A DNA stretch of 64,000 bases from a virus (Duplodnaviria > Caudoviricetes). Under the pieces are notes generated by a model, which made no database searches, was not told the DNA's origin, and worked only from the letters and a program-made list of their open reading frames with translations. Of this stretch, positions 9,288 to 18,437 are shown piece by piece; position 1 is the stretch's first letter, and each line of letters opens with the position of its first letter. The position numbers and the translations under genes are program-made. The DNA lies in IMG/VR virus record IMGVR_UViG_3300005614_000005, positions 29,168-93,167 of that record. One strand, 5' to 3'.

Positions 9288-9664
9288 GCAAGAACCGCCG
9301 CAGTTACGTCCACATCTTCTTCGCCCACAACGGTCCGGGACCGTACGAGTGCTTCTTCTGTCATAAGCCCGTCACTTTCGATGACGTCAACATTCATCAC
9401 AAGGATGAAGACCCCGAGAATAACGATCCAGCGAACTTGAAGGCCTCACACCGCGGATGCCACAACAGTTTTCATAACAAGGGTCACACGTGGAATCGTG
9501 GTAAGCGATGGAATGCAGAGCAGCGAGCACGCCACTCTGCGTTGATGCGAAAACGATACGAGGATCCAGAGTATCGAGCACGACAAGCTGCGACACAGAA
9601 CGCGCGTCCCCGTGATGCGAAGGGTCGTCTTATGCCAGGAGCAGCGTGCGCGTCCTCGCGATAG
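9284..9664 (+). CDS. HNH homing endonuclease with NUMOD3-like tail
   Basis: CFFC...IHHKDEDPENNDPANL...CHNSFH; locally lower GC. Confidence 0.85.
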   Translation: MSKNRRSYVHIFFAHNGPGPYECFFCHKPVTFDDVNIHHKDEDPENNDPANLKASHRGCHNSFHNKGHTWNRGKRWNAEQRARHSALMRKRYEDPEYRARQAATQNARPRDAKGRLMPGAACASSR

Positions 9665-10101
9665 ATCCGGGCGGCAACACGGGCCTCGCGCTCTGGAATG
9701 ACGGGGCGTGGTGGGCGTGGGCTGAGCCAGCGGAGCAAGCGCTCGTTACGGTGCACAACGCCCTCAATGACGGCGACCTCAACCAGCTCGTGTCAGAGTC
9801 GTTCATCATCTCGACAGCGACCGCCAAGAAGAGTCAGGACGGTCTCGTGTCCATCGAGATGATCGGGGTCATGCGGTACCTCTCGCGCGTGTACAACGTT
9901 CCCTTTGAGACGCAGACGCCCTCCGACGCGAAGAGCTTCGCGACCGACGAAAAGCTCAAGGCGTGGAAGTGGTGGACGCGCGGTGTAGATCACCCGCGCG
10001 ATGCCTCGCGGCACCTGATGACCTGGCTCTGCAAGCACGGCTACATCGACCTCACCGAGCTTCGACACCGTCTGGATTCCGCGAGCGGCGGCGCGAGCTG
10101 A
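9646..10101 (+). CDS. RuvC-like Holliday junction resolvase
   Basis: MRVLAIDPGGNTGLA...VSESF...HPRDA. Confidence 0.8.
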   Translation: MRVLAIDPGGNTGLALWNDGAWWAWAEPAEQALVTVHNALNDGDLNQLVSESFIISTATAKKSQDGLVSIEMIGVMRYLSRVYNVPFETQTPSDAKSFATDEKLKAWKWWTRGVDHPRDASRHLMTWLCKHGYIDLTELRHRLDSASGGAS

Positions 10102-10156
10102 GTATGGTCCGATCCGTGCCCAAGCCCTCGCCGTCCACCGTCCTAGGAGACGCGAC

Positions 10157-11932
10157 GTGCCGTATGTAGAGCGTTGGGGCGACGACCGGATCGTCATCCA
10201 CTCCGAGTATCGCGAACGTGAACTTGTGAAGCAGGTGCCCGGCGCGAAGTGGGACGACGCCACGAAAGTGTGGTGGTGTCCGTTGTCGTGGGCCGCGTGC
10301 ATGCAGCTTCGCGGCGTGTTCGGCGACCTACTTCAGATCGGGGAGCAGCTCGTCACGTGGGCGCAGGGCGAGCTCGACGGCCGCGTGTCGCCGTGTCTCG
10401 TCCTGCGCGAAGCTGAGGACGCTGAGCTGCCCGCGGGCGTAGTGCCCGCCACGCTTCCGAAAACTGGCGACACGTTCCGCGGGAAACTCGTGGAGGCGGA
10501 TTGGGATCTTGAGCCGCGGCAGCGCGCCGGCGTGCGGTTTCTCGCCACCGCGCGCCGCGCAGCGCTCTGTGACGGAATGGGTTCCGGCAAGACGGTGCAG
10601 ACGATCATCGCGCTCGAGATGCTCGCCGCCGAAGGGAAGGACCCGTACCCGGCGGTCGTTGTCTGCCCGAACTCGATGAAGGCCACGTGGTGGGAGGAGT
10701 TCGACCTCTGGGCGCCACATCGCAAGGTGACCGTCATTCGCGGTGGCGCCGCCGCGCGCCGCAAGCTCCTCGCCGAGCCCGCCGACGTGTACGTGTTCAA
10801 CTGGGAGGGGCTCCGCAGCCACACCCGCCTCGCGGGCTACGGGTTCATCCGCCTCAGCGAAGACGAGAAAACGGACAAGGAGCTCAACCTCATGCCGCTC
10901 CGTTCGTTCGTCGCTGACGAGGCGCACCGCGCGAAGGACCCTAAATCGAAGCAGACCCGCGCCGCGTGGGCCATCGCGCGGAAGTGCGAGTTCCGCTTCG
11001 CGCTGACCGGCACCCCGCTCGCGAACTCGCCCGAGGACACCTGGGCAATCATGCACATGCTCGAACCCCGCGAGTGGCCGTCACGCACGCAGTTCGTGGA
11101 CCGCTACGCGTTGCAGTCGTGGAGCAACTTCGGGTTCATGCAAGTGACGGGGATCCGCGGCGAGAACCGCGACGAGTTCCTGCGAATCCTCGATCCGCGC
11201 TTCCTCCGGCGTCCGACGAAGATCGTCGTGCCCGACCTGCTCGACAAGCTACCTCCGCAGGTGCGTCACGTCGAACTGGTGCCGAAGCAGCGCAAGGCCT
11301 ATGAACAACTTCGCAAGGAGCTTCTCGCCGAGCTTGACTCCGGCGTCCTGATGGCCACCAACCCGCTGACACGCATGACGCGACTCATTCAGCTCGCGGC
11401 CGCGTACGGAGAGGTCGAGAACGGGGTGGACATGAAGCTCTCCGAGCCGAGCGCGAAGCTCGACGCGCTCGATGAGTTCTTGGAGGACGTCGGACCCGAA
11501 GAACAGGTCGTCGTCTTCGCCGAGTCGCGGCAGCTCATCGAACTCGCGGCCAAGCGCCTCGAGAAGCACAAGGTTCCGTTCGGCCTGATCACCGGCGCGC
11601 AGCAGGACTTCGAGCGTCAGCGATCCGTCCAAGACTTCCAGGCGGGCAACCTCAGGGTCATTCTCGCCACGCTCGGCGCCGGCGGCGAGGGGTTGACCCT
11701 GACAGCCGCGCGGCACGTCGTCTTCCTGCAGAGGTCGTTCTCGTTGGTGAAGAACAGGCAGGCCGAGGACCGAGTCTACCGCAAGGGGCAGACCCGTGAG
11801 GTCCAGCGTACCGACATCGTCGCCGTCAACACCATCGAGGAGCACGTCCTCCTCGTCGGCGAGGACAAGGAGGAACGTCTCGAGGAAATCTGCCGCGATG
11901 AGGAGGTGCTTCGCAGATGGCTTACCAAGTAG
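10157..11932 (+). CDS. SNF2-family helicase with N-terminal HARP-like domain
   Basis: DGMGSGKT, DEAH, LTGTP, GEGLTL, QAEDRVYRKGQ. Confidence 0.95.
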   Translation: MPYVERWGDDRIVIHSEYRERELVKQVPGAKWDDATKVWWCPLSWAACMQLRGVFGDLLQIGEQLVTWAQGELDGRVSPCLVLREAEDAELPAGVVPATLPKTGDTFRGKLVEADWDLEPRQRAGVRFLATARRAALCDGMGSGKTVQTIIALEMLAAEGKDPYPAVVVCPNSMKATWWEEFDLWAPHRKVTVIRGGAAARRKLLAEPADVYVFNWEGLRSHTRLAGYGFIRLSEDEKTDKELNLMPLRSFVADEAHRAKDPKSKQTRAAWAIARKCEFRFALTGTPLANSPEDTWAIMHMLEPREWPSRTQFVDRYALQSWSNFGFMQVTGIRGENRDEFLRILDPRFLRRPTKIVVPDLLDKLPPQVRHVELVPKQRKAYEQLRKELLAELDSGVLMATNPLTRMTRLIQLAAAYGEVENGVDMKLSEPSAKLDALDEFLEDVGPEEQVVVFAESRQLIELAAKRLEKHKVPFGLITGAQQDFERQRSVQDFQAGNLRVILATLGAGGEGLTLTAARHVVFLQRSFSLVKNRQAEDRVYRKGQTREVQRTDIVAVNTIEEHVLLVGEDKEERLEEICRDEEVLRRWLTK

Positions 11933-12558
11933 GTCCGGTCGCACACAACGCGCACCGTCGCTCGCGGAAGCCGAAGGTCGGCGTCGACATCGACGGAGTC
12001 CTGTACCCATTCGACCTCGCGGCACGGACGCTGTTGAAGTTGCGCGGCGTGGACGTAACCGTAGCGGATGACGCACAGTATTGGAATCACACCGCGGAGC
12101 TCGTTGGTCACGAGGCGTGGGAGTGGATCTGGGGCCCCGGCCGCCGACAGGTCTTCGAGGCGGCGCCTCCGTACCCCGGCGCGATCAAGGCCATGCGCCG
12201 TTTGGAACAGGACGTGCGGATCGTGTACGTTACCCACCGCCCACTCGACGTGGCGCACGTCACGCTGCGCTGGCTCGCCTACCACAAGCTCAACCCCCAC
12301 GCCGTCATCCACGCATCCGGCGAGGAGAAGTCGCAGTACGCGACCGACTGCATCGCCTTCATCGAGGACCGCGCCGAAAACGCCCGCGAGATCGCAGACG
12401 CCAGCGACGCAACCGTCTGGGTCCCGTGCCGGACGTGGAACTCGGACGTGGGTATCCTCCCTGAGGATGCAGTACGTCCCAACCTACGAACATTCAATGA
12501 CTGGAAGGAGGTGACGGAGTGGATCAAACAAGCAGTCCAGACGGAAGCGACATCCTGA
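11917..12558 (+). CDS. HAD-superfamily 5'(3')-nucleotidase (NT5C-like)
   Basis: VGVDIDGVL, PYPGA, YVTHR, FIEDR, WN. Confidence 0.85.
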   Translation: MAYQVGPVAHNAHRRSRKPKVGVDIDGVLYPFDLAARTLLKLRGVDVTVADDAQYWNHTAELVGHEAWEWIWGPGRRQVFEAAPPYPGAIKAMRRLEQDVRIVYVTHRPLDVAHVTLRWLAYHKLNPHAVIHASGEEKSQYATDCIAFIEDRAENAREIADASDATVWVPCRTWNSDVGILPEDAVRPNLRTFNDWKEVTEWIKQAVQTEATS

Positions 12559-12821
12559 GCGAGGCGTACAAGCTCATCCGCGGTGAGCGGTTGCAGCACT
12601 ACGGCCCCCCGATCAAGAACTTCGAGCGCATCGCGAAGGGGTGGACCGCCTACCTGGGCGACCGCTTGAAGGTTGACCTGACGGTCAACGACGTGTGCGC
12701 GATGATGGTCATCCTCAAGCAGATGCGCATGGCGGAGGGGTACCACCGCGACTCGGCGACCGATACCGCCGGATACGCAGCGCTGCAGGAAATCCTCGCC
12801 GAGGGAGTGGAGCTGACGTGA
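12519..12821 (+). CDS. DUF6378-like protein (often found near nucleotide-metabolism genes)
   Basis: GERLQHYGPPIKNFERIAKGW...MMVILKQMR...HRDSATDTAGYA. Confidence 0.75.
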   Translation: MDQTSSPDGSDILSEAYKLIRGERLQHYGPPIKNFERIAKGWTAYLGDRLKVDLTVNDVCAMMVILKQMRMAEGYHRDSATDTAGYAALQEILAEGVELT

Positions 12822-13051
12822 GAATGACGGTGACAGACGACGAGGTGACGGTTCACGTCTCCCGTCGAAACCTGCTCACCCTCTTGCACAAGCTCGAGAT
12901 GGCGGACTCGAAGCGCACCCTGTCCCGCCGTCCACACGACGGCGGGTCGCGTATCTTGACCCTCGTCGCCGACGAAGACGACACCCACTACGGCGACCGT
13001 GTGCCAGGCGCCGTCCACCCACTAACCGAGGCTGCGATCCATGGCTCCTGA
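12818..13051 (+). CDS. Hypothetical protein
   Basis: Coupled ORF containing VSRRNLLTLLHKL...HYGDRVPGAVHP. Confidence 0.55.
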   Translation: MRMTVTDDEVTVHVSRRNLLTLLHKLEMADSKRTLSRRPHDGGSRILTLVADEDDTHYGDRVPGAVHPLTEAAIHGS

Positions 13052-13694
13052 GTTTCAAGGCTTTCCGAAAATCCCCCGCCTCCACCGTGGCCTCACGATC
13101 ACCGAGAAGATCGACGGCACGAACGCGGCGGTAGGGGTAGAAAAGCTGGACAAGGTGCAGGAGGGCACACACCCGCTTGGAACTCTCGTCACCCTCGCGC
13201 GTCCCTACCCGGAGGAGGGCGAGATAGACTCGTACCTCGTCTACGCGCAGTCGCGGACGCGGATCATCGTTCCCGGCGACGACAACTACGGGTTCGCGTT
13301 GTGGGTTTCGCAACACGCAACGGAGCTCGCGGAGCTCGGCCCGGGCGTGCACTTCGGCGAGTGGTGGGGCGTGGGGATCAACCGCGCCTACGACCTCCAC
13401 GAGCGCCGCTTCTCCCTCTTCAACACCTCCCGCTGGAGCGAGGAGCGCCCCGCGTGCTGTGGCGTCGTGCCGGTGCTCGGCGAACTCGACAACTTCCACT
13501 CGCCCACCGTCGAAGAGATCGGCCTCGCCCTCTCGCAGAGTGGGTCCGTCGCCGCACCTGGGTTCAAGCGTCCCGAGGGCGTCGTGGTCTTCCACAAGGC
13601 CGCGAACTTCTGCTTCAAGTGGACCTTCAACGGCGACGGCCACAAGTCTGAGAGCAGCAAGCGCACTCGGCGCGGAAACCGCGGCGGGTCGTGA
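13041..13694 (+). CDS. RNA ligase (Rnl2-like adenylyltransferase domain)
   Basis: Motif I TEKIDGTN; QSRTR; FGEWWG; EGVVV; K. Confidence 0.85.
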   Translation: MAPEFQGFPKIPRLHRGLTITEKIDGTNAAVGVEKLDKVQEGTHPLGTLVTLARPYPEEGEIDSYLVYAQSRTRIIVPGDDNYGFALWVSQHATELAELGPGVHFGEWWGVGINRAYDLHERRFSLFNTSRWSEERPACCGVVPVLGELDNFHSPTVEEIGLALSQSGSVAAPGFKRPEGVVVFHKAANFCFKWTFNGDGHKSESSKRTRRGNRGGS

Positions 13695-13945
13695 ACGTCC
13701 ACGACCTCATCTTCGCGGTCGGGTCGGGCATCTTCGCGGTTTCGCTCGTACCCGCCGTCGTCAAGCGGACACAGATGCCGCTCTCGTCGTCGCTCCCGAC
13801 GGCCATCGTCCTGTCGGCGTTCCTCGCGAACTACGTGTGGATGGGCTTTGCGTGGTCGGCGGTGACGACGGCCTGCACGGCGCTCTGCTGGTGGGCGCTC
13901 GTGGTCAGACGCGACAGTCGCGCACTCCCGATCAAGCGCTCATGA
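13691..13945 (+). CDS. Small 3-TM membrane protein (PQ-loop/SemiSWEET-like size)
   Basis: 84 aa with three hydrophobic segments. Confidence 0.5.
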   Translation: MNVHDLIFAVGSGIFAVSLVPAVVKRTQMPLSSSLPTAIVLSAFLANYVWMGFAWSAVTTACTALCWWALVVRRDSRALPIKRS

Positions 13946-14859
13946 CGAAGCTCCTCACCAACAGTGAGATGAAGCTCTGGCGCCGGTGCAAGCGGCACTG
14001 GTGGCTTAGCCACTACCGCGGCCTGCGCCGCGCGGACGTCGAGTTCAACAAGCCACTCAGCATCGGCAGCCGCGTACACGAGTGCCTGGAGGCCCTGTAC
14101 GGCGTAGACAAACGCGGCGACCCACTCGCCAAGCTGCGTGAAACGGTCGACATGGACCTCGCGAAGTTTCCCATGCACGCCACCGACATCGCCAAGGAGG
14201 CCGACCTCTGTCAAGCCATGCTGGAAGGTTACCTGCAGTGGCTCGAGGAAGAAGGTTGCGACATCGGGTTCCGCGTGGTTGCGAGCGAGGGTCGGCGCGA
14301 AGCCCCACTGATCGACGGCGTGAACCTGCTCGCGAAGCTCGACGCCCGCGTGGTCCACGAGGAGCGTGCCGACATTCGGTTGGCCCTAGAGCACAAGACG
14401 GTGGGCGACCTGTCAACACCGCTCACGCTGTTGCAAATCGACACCCAGCTCTTGACCGAGCATCTCGTTGAGTTCCTCGCGTTGCGTGAGGAAGGTCGCG
14501 AGAGCGAGGCTGCGCAGGGCGTGCTCTACAACATGCTGCGCAAGGTCAAGCGAACCGCTCGCGCGAAGCCACCGTTCTACGGTCGCGAGGAGGTCAACCA
14601 CAACGTGCACGAGCTCCGTGTACATTGGTTGCACGTGCAACGAATCGCGGAAGAGATCTTGCAGGCGGAACGCGAACTCGCGGAAGGGAAGCAGCACCAT
14701 GAGGTGGTGTACCCGAACCCTACGAGGGACTGCCGATGGGATTGTGAGTTCTTTCATTTGTGCCCACTTCTCAACGATGGCTCTGACTATGAGGCTCTCA
14801 TCGCAGCAGATTACGTTGTAGGTAATCCTCTTGAGCGGTATGCTGACGCTCCAGAGTGA
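13942..14859 (+). CDS. Cas4/AddB-like PD-(D/E)XK exonuclease
   Basis: N-terminal C (WRRCKRHW), GSRVHE, KLD, EHKT, Q and C-terminal CRWDC...C (Fe-S type). Start is ATG 13942. Confidence 0.85.
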   Translation: MTKLLTNSEMKLWRRCKRHWWLSHYRGLRRADVEFNKPLSIGSRVHECLEALYGVDKRGDPLAKLRETVDMDLAKFPMHATDIAKEADLCQAMLEGYLQWLEEEGCDIGFRVVASEGRREAPLIDGVNLLAKLDARVVHEERADIRLALEHKTVGDLSTPLTLLQIDTQLLTEHLVEFLALREEGRESEAAQGVLYNMLRKVKRTARAKPPFYGREEVNHNVHELRVHWLHVQRIAEEILQAERELAEGKQHHEVVYPNPTRDCRWDCEFFHLCPLLNDGSDYEALIAADYVVGNPLERYADAPE

Positions 14860-14933
14860 AGACGTACACGCTTTCTTAGCATTCTGACGAATGCTGCCGA
14901 TGTTGCCACAACCGACGGGTAGAGTTCGTCAAG

Positions 14934-15632
14934 TTGAGACCGACTCTCTCCATTCTGATCCACGGGGACGCCGGCGTCGGTAAGAGCCGACTCGCAGGTA
15001 CCGGCCCCACGCCGCTTCTCATCCTCGACGCCGAGGGTAGGGCGCGGTACCTTCCCGGCCGCAAGGTCGTGTGGAACCCGTACACGGAGCAGCCGCCCGT
15101 CGCCGACGGGTCGTGGGACATCTGCATCGTCGTCATCTCGAAGTTCGATGACCTGTCCCAGGTGTTCCAGTGGTTGCAGTCGGGCCAGCACCCGTTCGTC
15201 TCCGTCGCGCTCGACTCGTTGATGGAGGCGCAGAAGCGTCTCATCGACCAGGTCGCCGGCATGGAGCAGCTCCAGACACAAGACTGGGGGGTTGTCCTTC
15301 GTAGACTTGAGGCACTCGTACGGTCGTACCGCGACCTGACGATCGTTGACAGCAATCCACTCGACTGCGCGATCTTTACGGTTGGCACGCAGGTCAGCGA
15401 CACCGGTCGGTACGAACCACTTCTTCAGGGCGCGCTTCGCCGGACCCTGCCCTACTACATGGACACGGTCGGCTACCTTTACGTGACGCACGAAGTTGAG
15501 GGTCAACCTACAAGGAACCTGCTCGTGCAGCCAACGCAGACCATCGTAGCAAAGGACGGAACCGATCGTCTAGGCGGTCCGGTGATCCAGAATCCGAACC
15601 TGTCACAACTATTCAAGGAGCTCACCGGATGA
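14934..15632 (+). CDS. Sak4-like AAA recombinase/ATPase
   Basis: HGDAGVGKS, LDAEG, LDSL, AKD. Confidence 0.85.
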   Translation: MRPTLSILIHGDAGVGKSRLAGTGPTPLLILDAEGRARYLPGRKVVWNPYTEQPPVADGSWDICIVVISKFDDLSQVFQWLQSGQHPFVSVALDSLMEAQKRLIDQVAGMEQLQTQDWGVVLRRLEALVRSYRDLTIVDSNPLDCAIFTVGTQVSDTGRYEPLLQGALRRTLPYYMDTVGYLYVTHEVEGQPTRNLLVQPTQTIVAKDGTDRLGGPVIQNPNLSQLFKELTG

Positions 15633-16318
15633 CAACGGTAAACCTGCAAGACGCATTCAAGCAGTACCAGAAGGAAGACGAGGTGACCGTCCTGGAGGAG
15701 GGCGAGTACACGCTCGAGGTGATCCGCTGCGCCGTTCGCGGCCAGGACAAGAACGCGCTGATGCCCGTCTACCGGGTAATCGGCGGTCCCTACGCTGGCA
15801 AGACCGTCATGGCCGGCCAGCTCACCCTCACCGAGAACTCGCGGTCGATCTTCTTCCGCAACCTCAAGGGCTTCGGGATCGAGGAAGCCTTCATCATGCA
15901 GTCCGCTGGCGGGCTGGACGACATCGCCAAAGCGCTCATCGGGCGCGTCGTCAAGATGAAGGTCCAGAAGCGCCAGTGGCAGGGCAACGACCGCAACCAG
16001 TTCCCCATTGGCGGGGTCATGCTGGTCTCGCTTCCGTCACAGCCGGGCGCGCCGCAGGCCGCCGCGCAGCAGGCCGCTCCGGTCGCTCCGCAGGTCGCCC
16101 AGCCGCCAGCTGCTCCCGCAGTTCAGCAGCAGGCACCTCCGCCGGTGCAGGAGCAGGCGCCGCCGCCACCCGCCGCGCCGGTGCAGCAGCAAGCTCCCCC
16201 GCCTGCGGCTCCCGCTGCGACCGCACAGCAGACCCCACCCCCGCCCCCGAACCCCGCCGCGGCTCCCCCTCCGCCGCCACCCCCCGCAGGCGGCGCTCCG
16301 ACGGGCACCCCCTTCTAG
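15629..16318 (+). CDS. ssDNA-binding protein (DUF669-like) with Pro/Ala/Gln-rich tail
   Basis: EGEYTLEV N-terminus, C-terminal PF, and position after Sak4. Confidence 0.7.
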   Translation: MTTVNLQDAFKQYQKEDEVTVLEEGEYTLEVIRCAVRGQDKNALMPVYRVIGGPYAGKTVMAGQLTLTENSRSIFFRNLKGFGIEEAFIMQSAGGLDDIAKALIGRVVKMKVQKRQWQGNDRNQFPIGGVMLVSLPSQPGAPQAAAQQAAPVAPQVAQPPAAPAVQQQAPPPVQEQAPPPPAAPVQQQAPPPAAPAATAQQTPPPPPNPAAAPPPPPPPAGGAPTGTPF

Positions 16319-16324
16319 GCCGCC

Positions 16325-16723
16325 ATGCGCGACCTGCTCGCACGGCAGCGGAGGCTTCAAGTCGAAGCCTTCGCTGTCGACCCGCACGAGTTGACTGGTG
16401 AGGACCGCGTCGAGTACGTTCGGATGAACGTCCTTGCGGTCGTAGACGAGGCGATGGAGATGCTCCACCACGTCAACGGCTGGAAGAACTGGCAGACCGA
16501 GCGCTCGCGCGCCGGCGAGATCGCGGATCTTCAAGAGTACATCGGCGAGGGCGTCGATCTCCTGCACTTTGTGGCCAATTTGCTGAACGTTGCAGGAGTC
16601 GATGACCAAGAACTCGACGCGCTCTTCGCGAAAAAGCAGCGCGTGAACGCACAGCGGCAGGCCCTCGGGTACGAGGGTCACGGCGACGACTTCGCCGCGG
16701 CGCACCCGCAGGTGATGGCGTGA
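16325..16723 (+). CDS. All-alpha dNTP pyrophosphatase (dimeric dUTPase/dCTPase/MazG-like)
   Basis: DEAMEM...WKNW...EGVDLLHF...KQRVNAQRQ. Confidence 0.8.
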   Translation: MRDLLARQRRLQVEAFAVDPHELTGEDRVEYVRMNVLAVVDEAMEMLHHVNGWKNWQTERSRAGEIADLQEYIGEGVDLLHFVANLLNVAGVDDQELDALFAKKQRVNAQRQALGYEGHGDDFAAAHPQVMA

Positions 16724-17157
16724 AGCTCGCGGCATCCGAGCGCCCGTGCAGCGGCTGCGCGCACTCCGCGAGTGGGATTCCGTATCCTGGGCATCCGTCG
16801 GGTGAGCGACCTTGCTGCTTCTGCGTCCGCAACCCCGAACTGGCGCGCACCAGCGACGTCTGCCGCGACAGCGACGGTAACGGGGTCTGGTACGACGGCA
16901 AGACACCCGCGTACAAGACGCCGATGGACAACTACATCGCGACCGACCGTCTCCAGCAAGAGCGGCTCTTCGCCGTGCTTGGTGCCATCGAGCGTGGAGA
17001 ACTGACGGTCAAGCCGCGGCAAACACTCGCTGAGTTCTACGGGGTAGATTGTGATGTAGGTATGGGCGACCCCAAGACCATGTGTTGTGAGGGCGGCCCG
17101 TTTCCCGGCGGCCACAGCGGTGGGTGCATTCTTCTCGTGGGGGTTTCCATATCATGA
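16720..17157 (+). CDS. Hypothetical Cys-rich protein
   Basis: CSGC...PCCFC; translationally coupled on both sides. Confidence 0.55.
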   Translation: MKLAASERPCSGCAHSASGIPYPGHPSGERPCCFCVRNPELARTSDVCRDSDGNGVWYDGKTPAYKTPMDNYIATDRLQQERLFAVLGAIERGELTVKPRQTLAEFYGVDCDVGMGDPKTMCCEGGPFPGGHSGGCILLVGVSIS

Positions 17158-18434
17158 CTCATCCGTTCGTTGACGTGCAAGGTCTCGCCGGCGCCTGGAC
17201 GCTTGGCACGGTGCAGGCGGGCTTCGAGTTGAAGCACCGCGTGTCGCTGCCCGGCGGCTTCGGCGACGCCGCCATCGACGCGAACCGGCACCTCGTCGGC
17301 GACGGGTGGGCGCAGGAGACCGGCGACCCGGTCGAAGCCTGGACGCCTCAGGAGGGCGTCGCCTACATCTGCGGCACGCCGCCGTGCTCGGGCTTCTCGC
17401 TACTGAACAGCGCGAAGGGATCCAACGCGCGCGGTCCCGAGTCCAGCATCAACAACTGCATGAAGGAGCTCGTCAAGTACGCCGGTCAGTGCACCGGCTC
17501 CGACGGGCGTCCCGGCCCTCAGATCGTCAGCTTCGAGAGCGTGCAGGGCGCCTACACGCAGGGCCGCGGGCTCATGCAGTACCTGCGCGACATGCTCAAC
17601 GAGACCTCCGGCTCGCACTACAGCCTGTCTCACGTCCTGATGTCGGGCGCGTCCGTGGGCAACGCGCAGATGCGGCACCGCTTCTACGTCGTCTTCCACC
17701 GGATCCCGTTCGGCGTGGACCAGCCTCAGGAACGGAAGGTCGTCACCTACGCGGACGCCATCGAGGATCTGATCGGCGGCACACTCCAGTGGGAGCCGCA
17801 GCCGTACCCCACGCACGACACGCTACCCGACGGCAGGCCCGACCTCTCGCCGTACGCCACCCCACTTCGCTCGTCGTCTGGCAACTTCGACGCGCACGTG
17901 ACCATCGACCACGGCCGCTCCGCCTCCGTCATCAAAGAGGTGTGGGACGTCTGGAAGCCAGGTCAGAGCCTGCCCGAAGCGCTGCTCGCCGCGGGCCTCC
18001 GTCCTCCGACGCTCGAAAAAAGCTTCGTGGAGAACTTCGAAGGGACCGGCAAGCCCGGCTACAAGGGCTGGAGCTGGCCCGTCAAGGTGCGCCCGGACCG
18101 ACCGGGGTACGTGCTGACGGGCGGGGGTATCCACGGGTTCGTCCACTGGGCCGAGCCTCGTCTCCTCTCAGCGCGCGAGTGCTCGCGTCTGATGGGCTAC
18201 CCTGACGACTGGACCTGGCCTACCAACTCCGTCAACCAGGCAAGCGCCTGGATCGGCAAGTGCTGCCCCGTCACGTCAGGACGATGGATCTCATCGTTCG
18301 TACGGCGTGCGCTGGACGGCGATCCCGCGTCACCGCTCGAGCAGATCGGGCCGCGTGAGTTCTATTACAACTGCACCCTGGCCTACAAGAAGTGGCCTGG
18401 TGGCGCCGTCCCCAAGCGGGTAAGATCGAGGTAG
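17154..18434 (+). CDS. Divergent C5-cytosine DNA methyltransferase-like protein
   Basis: Motif IV GTPPCSGFS, VI FESV, VIII QMRHR, IX-X RECSRLMGYPDDW...IGKCCP; motif I is atypical (DVQGLAGAW). Confidence 0.85.
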   Translation: MTHPFVDVQGLAGAWTLGTVQAGFELKHRVSLPGGFGDAAIDANRHLVGDGWAQETGDPVEAWTPQEGVAYICGTPPCSGFSLLNSAKGSNARGPESSINNCMKELVKYAGQCTGSDGRPGPQIVSFESVQGAYTQGRGLMQYLRDMLNETSGSHYSLSHVLMSGASVGNAQMRHRFYVVFHRIPFGVDQPQERKVVTYADAIEDLIGGTLQWEPQPYPTHDTLPDGRPDLSPYATPLRSSSGNFDAHVTIDHGRSASVIKEVWDVWKPGQSLPEALLAAGLRPPTLEKSFVENFEGTGKPGYKGWSWPVKVRPDRPGYVLTGGGIHGFVHWAEPRLLSARECSRLMGYPDDWTWPTNSVNQASAWIGKCCPVTSGRWISSFVRRALDGDPASPLEQIGPREFYYNCTLAYKKWPGGAVPKRVRSR

Positions 18435-18437
18435 CGG

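Noticed and set aside
9284-9664. Group I intron or intein in polA (likewise for the TMP-adjacent nuclease)
   Set aside because: The polA and TMP frames are complete and uninterrupted, and the nucleases lie between genes.
13942-14859. CRISPR-associated Cas4
   Set aside because: It sits in an exonuclease-Sak4-SSB recombination module; there is no cas1/cas2 or array.
16040-16318. DNA repeat element in the SSB gene
   Set aside because: It is explained by a low-complexity Pro/Ala/Gln protein linker.
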